Below, one piece after another: positions 59,639 to 64,000 of a stretch of DNA of 64,000 bases. Origin of the DNA: a virus; the IMG/VR virus record IMGVR_UViG_3300045988_135716, positions 117,096-181,095 of that record, one strand, 5' to 3'. The translations under genes and the position numbers were made by a program. The notes under the pieces were generated by a model. It was not told the origin of the DNA and ran no database searches. It saw only the letters and a program-made list of their open reading frames with translations. The stretch's first letter is position 1. Every line of letters starts with the position of its first letter.

Positions 59639-60059
59639 ATATTATCCTTTTATAATTTCAATAACACCTCATACTTTCATATGAGTTGCGACTATTTCTT
59701 AACCACATCCATAATGGATAGCAGTCACACCTTTTCGTTTTATAGGATTTTCACCTGCGCCTTTGCGATTGCGCCCTACGACTATTGCTATAAATATTCA
59801 GGATTTCCACCTTTATTTTTATTTTATAGCCCTACATGGGTCTAGTCTGTGAACGTTTTCCCTCGACTTAACTAACATCTGATAAATGTATAACGTTAGG
59901 GAACTTCGCTGCATGAACAACCATTGTTATATCTCTGTGTTTTCAAACCGTCATAATCTAGTTTCCTGATTATTGTGGTACAGAGCTTTAGGTATTACCT
60001 GCAATTAAATGTGTTCTAAATATATATTTCTATATATTCAGGCAAGTTTTAAGAATTTT

Positions 60060-60272
60060 GCCTGCTGAATATCTGTTAAATCTTGCCACTTAGTAGATAA
60101 TTCATCGAGAATATCATATGTAGATTTAAACTCATTTTCGTTTTTCATAATATCCACACCACTAAGAGCCATAACTTCTTGTCTTAGTTTTGCGGTAGAT
60201 TCTGCCATACCTTCGGTGTCAAGACCTGCCTTTTCCATGTCTGTTGACGCACCTCTGATACGCATTGAAATT
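60060..60272 (-). CDS. tail tape-measure protein, exon 2
   Basis: Encodes ISMRIRGASTDMEKAGLDTEGMAESTAKLRQEV..WQDLTDIQQA, a TP901-type TMP core. The flanking residues in listed ORF 60038..60301 come from intron read-through. Confidence 0.7.
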
Positions 60273-60795
60273 CCTTGTATTTTAATATGATCGCAACTCA
60301 TATTACTTTATATAAAAATAAAGCTCATGGCTTCCCATGAGAGTAGACTATTTCTTAACCACGTTTTATGAATAAAACAGCAGTCACACCTTTTCGTTTA
60401 AAGGTATTTAACCAACGCCATTTGCTTGCGTCCTACGAGTATTGACTTAGATATTCGAGATTTCCACTCTTATTTTATAATCTAATTAGATATTTCTAAG
60501 TCCCGACATGGCTCTAGTCGTTGAACCTTTACCCTCGACTCAAGTACCGTATGATCTACGGAATACGTTAGGGTACTTGGTTGCATGAACAGTGATTCCT
60601 AATTTATACAAAATTAGTAAATATGATATTTAGGTTTTTGACCATGTATCATCCTTACGTTGTTTCTGCTTTCGCCCCATCATAGTGTGATTATCTCCAC
60701 TATTGTGGTGTAAGGCTTTACACTTTACCTGCTTAGTATTAAATGTGTTCAACTACGCACATTTCTGTACGTAAAGACAATTTCGATAAAATTTT
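60273..60795 (-). mobile_element. ORF-less group I intron (TMP intron 1, 523 nt)
   Basis: R element GGUUCAACGACUAGAGCC (60510-27). S element AAGAAAUAGUC with P7 GACUA (60515-19) / UAGUC (60345-49). The P9 hairpin is at 60323-40. The guide sequence is GAAAUU-G-UCUU (60774-84). Confidence 0.7.
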
Positions 60796-62159
60796 GTCTT
60801 GAAGGCAGTGCCTACAGAATCTGGATCTTGTACTACACTATTTGCTGCCGTAATTAAGGCTACAGTTTCTTCAAATGTGTTGTTTGCAGCTTTCATTGAT
60901 GAAGCTGATCGAGTTAAACCATCAAAAATACCTGCCGTATCAATCGGTTCAGTATTCGCAACCTCATTTACAACATCAACTACTTTGGTTACTTCATCAG
61001 CATTCATTTGGAATCCTTTTAATGTAGAAATTAATCCACTAGATGCGGATTCCTGTGTCATATTATCTCCTACTTTTTGTAATAGAGATGTAGCGTCTGA
61101 TAATTTTTTGGCATCATCTAATTTATAACCTAGTCTTGACCAATCAGCGGTACTACTAATAACATCACTAATTGTCGATCCATATTTTGTTGCGCTTTGA
61201 GCTGCTTCATCCCAGTATTGCGATAATTGTGTACCAGAAGCATTACTAACTTTTGTTAATTCAATCTGTGCTGCATTTACATCTTTAACAGCAGAAATTG
61301 CTTCTGTTGGAAGTTGAACCATAACTCGTTGCAAGCCAGCATAAATTCCAGTAAACTGAGCAATTTGTCCAAGCGCACGTTTCGTTTCACTCCAAGTAGA
61401 ATTACCACTTAATCCTTCCGCTTGGATTCTTGCTTTTAAATTTGTAAATGCCTTATCATAACTAGCTTTTTCCTCAACAGTTGTCATTGAACGATATTGT
61501 TGTTCTAGTTCTTTCAGTTCCGCTCCATATTTCTTAACTGCTTTAGAATTTGCATTCATATATGAAACAACTTTATTTCCAGATGCACTAGCGATAGATG
61601 GAGATAGTGCTTTTGACGATTCGTCTCTAATTTGAGACAAAGTATTCTTAAAAGTATCTCCTGCTTTAGTCATATCTTGAAAAGTTTGTTGTAACTGTTT
61701 TTTACCTAAAACATTTGATCCATTGTAATGATTTTGAAGTTTATCTAAAGCCTGATTATATGAAGCTAGAGCCGCTGTAGCCTTTTGAATATTTGCAGTA
61801 TCTTGAGTTCCATATGCCCCTAATTGTTTGCTCATTCTGGATGATGCGGCTGCATATTTTCCTGTGTCAATATTATATTTTAATTTATTTGTAGGGTATC
61901 TGTTTGAATTGTTGTTCCTACTAGGATTGTTATTTCTAGGTAAATTATTATTCGGTATATTTGGGGTAGGCATACCTTTAAGCATATTTTGAACTTGTTT
62001 AATTTGATTTATCAAATTGGTAAGTTGCTTTTGCCCTTTAACCTGAAAGTTAAGAGATACAGGTTTATTTTGCATTTTATTTAATTTTTGTTCAAGCTCA
62101 TTAACTTTTTCCGCACCATGAGTAACAACATTTACGTCAACTTGAAATTGCGCTCCCAT
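60796..62159 (-). CDS. tail tape-measure protein, exon 1 (N-terminal, TP901-type)
   Basis: ATG 62159 follows AAAGGAG. It ends ..AANSVVQDPDSVGTAFK(T). The last 13 residues of listed ORF 60753..62159 come from intron read-through. Confidence 0.8.
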
Positions 62160-62180
62160 AGTAATTTATTCTCCTTTCTT

Positions 62181-62215
62181 ACAAAAAAATAAAACTCTCC
62201 GAGAGAAAGGAGAGT
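62181..62215 (-). terminator. rho-independent terminator/attenuator just upstream of the TMP start
   Basis: On the minus strand, ACUCUCC-loop-GGAGAGU is followed by UUUUAUUUUUUU. Confidence 0.5.
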
Positions 62216-62237
62216 AAGTGTGTTTTATATATTGAAT

Positions 62238-62603
62238 TTAACTAAAATTCGCTTTTACGGCTTCTATAATATCTTGTACAGCATCATCCCATGTACCAGG
62301 AGTACCCAAAACCCCACTACCATTGTTTTGGATATCTGTCATAATCTGCAAACCACTATGTTGTCCGTAGGGATATTCCGCTACATTCAAATGAATATCA
62401 TAATGATAATTTCCATTACCACCAGATACACCAGATGAACGGGGTGAACTTTCATATGTTCCAGTTCTGATATACTGCACAGGTGAACCACTAGAATAGA
62501 AGTTCTGAATATCTGTCTGAGTCATTTGAAAACCTTCTTGTTCAGAAGCTTCGACTCTTGGTCTAATAATTTGTGCATCAATTGCATCCATAATTATTCC
62601 CAT
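62238..62603 (-). CDS. hypothetical structural-module protein
   Basis: 121-aa ORF preceded by GGAGG. Confidence 0.5.
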   Translation of the reverse strand: MGIIMDAIDAQIIRPRVEASEQEGFQMTQTDIQNFYSSGSPVQYIRTGTYESSPRSSGVSGGNGNYHYDIHLNVAEYPYGQHSGLQIMTDIQNNGSGVLGTPGTWDDAVQDIIEAVKANFS

Positions 62604-62866
62604 AATAATTTCCTCCGTATAAAATAGAAGAGTAGTACCCTCCGTTAAACAAACGTTCTGTATTGAACTACATAATATAATCTGGTAAAATATTCCTTGG
62701 GTGGAGATATTTAAAAGATATCATGAGAATGTACTTCCATTCTCAGGGAACCAGTTTCTCAACTATGCGGTCGCCTACGGGCAGGCGTGAACCCATATCC
62801 TCTACGCTGAAAGTTTCTATGACCTTTTATCATAGATATATTATTTTGGTAAGGAGGTATACATAC

Positions 62867-62956
62867 ATGAATTACGGTATTGTAATATCACTAATTAGTT
62901 TAGTGGTAAATATGGTAAACGTGGGCTTAAATATTTATGATCACGTTTCACGCTAA
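62867..62956 (+). CDS. type I toxin-like hydrophobic peptide (29 aa)
   Basis: ATG lies 8 nt after AAGGAGG. The peptide is MNYGIVISLISLVVNMVNVGLNIYDHVSR. Confidence 0.5.
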   Translation: MNYGIVISLISLVVNMVNVGLNIYDHVSR

Positions 62957-63007
62957 TAGTTGAGAACTGGTGTGGTGAAATATTTTACCAGTATCAAATG
63001 TTAAATA

Positions 63008-63763
63008 TTATTTCTTCTTATCCATTTTTGTTACTTTAGTTCCAGTCTTATTATTGTTCTTATTACTAGATCCATCATTCATTACATTTCTAACACTGAA
63101 ATTTCCTTTAACTTTCTTGAGTTCTCGATTTTCTTCTTGCAATTTCTTAATCTGTTCATTCTTAGCATCAATAATATCCTGGCTAGCTTTGTCAATATTA
63201 AATGCCGCAGCATCTTTTACAATCTTAGTAAGATTCTCTGCATTAATTTCAAAACCAGATTCTTTCAGTTTTTCCATAAAAGATACTCCATCCTTAACCA
63301 TTTCTGGCGTGAGAGCAGTAAGGTCAAGATTAGCAAAATTCTTAAATGCGTCAATAAATACATTAACACCTTCTACAATTCTATCCATATCTGGATTTGC
63401 ATGAATGATATTCTGCTTAGTCCATTCAAGTTTGTCATGAACCATCTTGTCTACAAAATCCATGACCTTAATGTATTCTTTTACAGATTCACATCTTGAC
63501 TCATAGTCTGGATTGATAAATGTATCAATAAGACTCTTTAAATCATCATCTGAAAGATATAATTTAAAAATATTCTCACCATTTTCCAGTGTATATCCTT
63601 CAATAAAATATTTTCCAACTGCAATAATTCGTGCAGGTTCTTCCATCCAAGGTGTATATTCACCTGTTTCATCATCCCAAAAAGCATTCAGAATAAGATC
63701 AATTGCATTGAGTTTATCTTCAAATGTGATTGTGTTTTTTACCTTGAGTAAGCTTTTCTTCAT
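63008..63763 (-). CDS. hypothetical protein upstream of the TMP (tail-assembly-chaperone position; function unproven)
   Basis: 251-aa ORF with an acidic body and a Lys-rich tail. Confidence 0.5.
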   Translation of the reverse strand: MKKSLLKVKNTITFEDKLNAIDLILNAFWDDETGEYTPWMEEPARIIAVGKYFIEGYTLENGENIFKLYLSDDDLKSLIDTFINPDYESRCESVKEYIKVMDFVDKMVHDKLEWTKQNIIHANPDMDRIVEGVNVFIDAFKNFANLDLTALTPEMVKDGVSFMEKLKESGFEINAENLTKIVKDAAAFNIDKASQDIIDAKNEQIKKLQEENRELKKVKGNFSVRNVMNDGSSNKNNNKTGTKVTKMDKKK

Positions 63764-63786
63764 ATTTTCTTCTCCTAACTACGATT

Positions 63787-64000
63787 TTAATAATTGACAT
63801 CATTTAAAAATGATTCTAAATCATATCTATAATTTACTTTTAATTTCTCTTTGTGAATTAAAATAGGACTTGCATACTCAAGCAAATCCTTTTCGTTGAA
63901 ACTTTTTTTTTCTATATGTGAGATGAAATCATCCCATTGATTAATATTTAAGAAATATGTATTATCACTTGATCGAAAGTCTAATACTAATCCGCTTATA
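63787..64000 (-). CDS. hypothetical protein, C-terminal part (start outside window)
   Basis: The minus-strand frame is open from the window edge to a TAA at 63787-63789 (..YDLESFLNDVNY). Confidence 0.45.
   Translation of the reverse strand, partial: ISGLVLDFRSSDNTYFLNINQWDDFISHIEKKSFNEKDLLEYASPILIHKEKLKVNYRYDLESFLNDVNY

Larger units (their letters stand above)
57958..60059 (-). mobile_element. group I intron (TMP intron 2) with two ORFs
   Basis: The core is homologous to intron 1. P7 is GACUA (59843-47) / UAGUC (59690-94). The guide sequence is AAACUU-G-CCUG (60039-60049). A 3' hairpin at 57970-57990 has the loop GUUGCGA. Confidence 0.7.

Noticed and set aside
60756-60760. A GUGCG pentamer, the group II intron 5' consensus, lies just inside TMP intervening sequence 1.
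   Set aside because: No domain V-like 34-nt hairpin, no AY 3' end and no reverse transcriptase are present, and the element is only 523 nt. Group I R/S elements and P7 are clearly present instead.
62160-63763. A G/GT-type -1 frameshift pair of tail-assembly chaperones might lie upstream of the TMP gene.
   Set aside because: I found no overlapping second frame or slippery heptamer that I could support. The genes here (251 aa and 121 aa) are separated by the opposite-strand toxin-like module.

Overview
This window is a low-GC (about 30 percent by eye) temperate tailed-phage or prophage segment of Firmicutes/Clostridia style, with no obvious host genes. Nt 1-25,000 (+ strand) hold an early module for replication and nucleotide metabolism: DnaB-like helicase, primase, RecJ-like DHH exonuclease, DnaE, RecD-like helicase, LigA, ThyX, dNMP kinase, nucleotidase, NrdD/NrdG, an HNH-AP2 endonuclease, dUTPase and an Xis-like HTH protein. 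It converges on a tyrosine integrase (- strand). A probable attP follows, consisting of a tRNA-Arg 5' fragment flanked by TTCACCC arm repeats. Nt 27,000-64,000 (- strand) are late genes: a GH25/CHAP/SH3 endolysin, several receptor-binding or tail-fibre genes, a 1640-aa tail protein, Dit, and a giant tape-measure (TMP) gene. The main finding is that the TMP gene appears split into five exons by four intervening sequences. Three of these have group I intron cores, and two carry zinc-ribbon/PD-(D/E)XK-like homing endonuclease ORFs. My predicted junctions restore one 3,445-codon frame. The fourth intervening sequence (4.3 kb) carries an autonomous cassette: a 4-TM protein, a Zn-ribbon protein and an NYN RNase gene disrupted by an IS982-family element with a 7-bp target duplication. 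Two opposite-strand modules resembling type I toxins flank the TMP gene. Tandem NrdR boxes precede the nucleotide-metabolism operon. All functions are inferred from motifs read by eye, and no database search was run.
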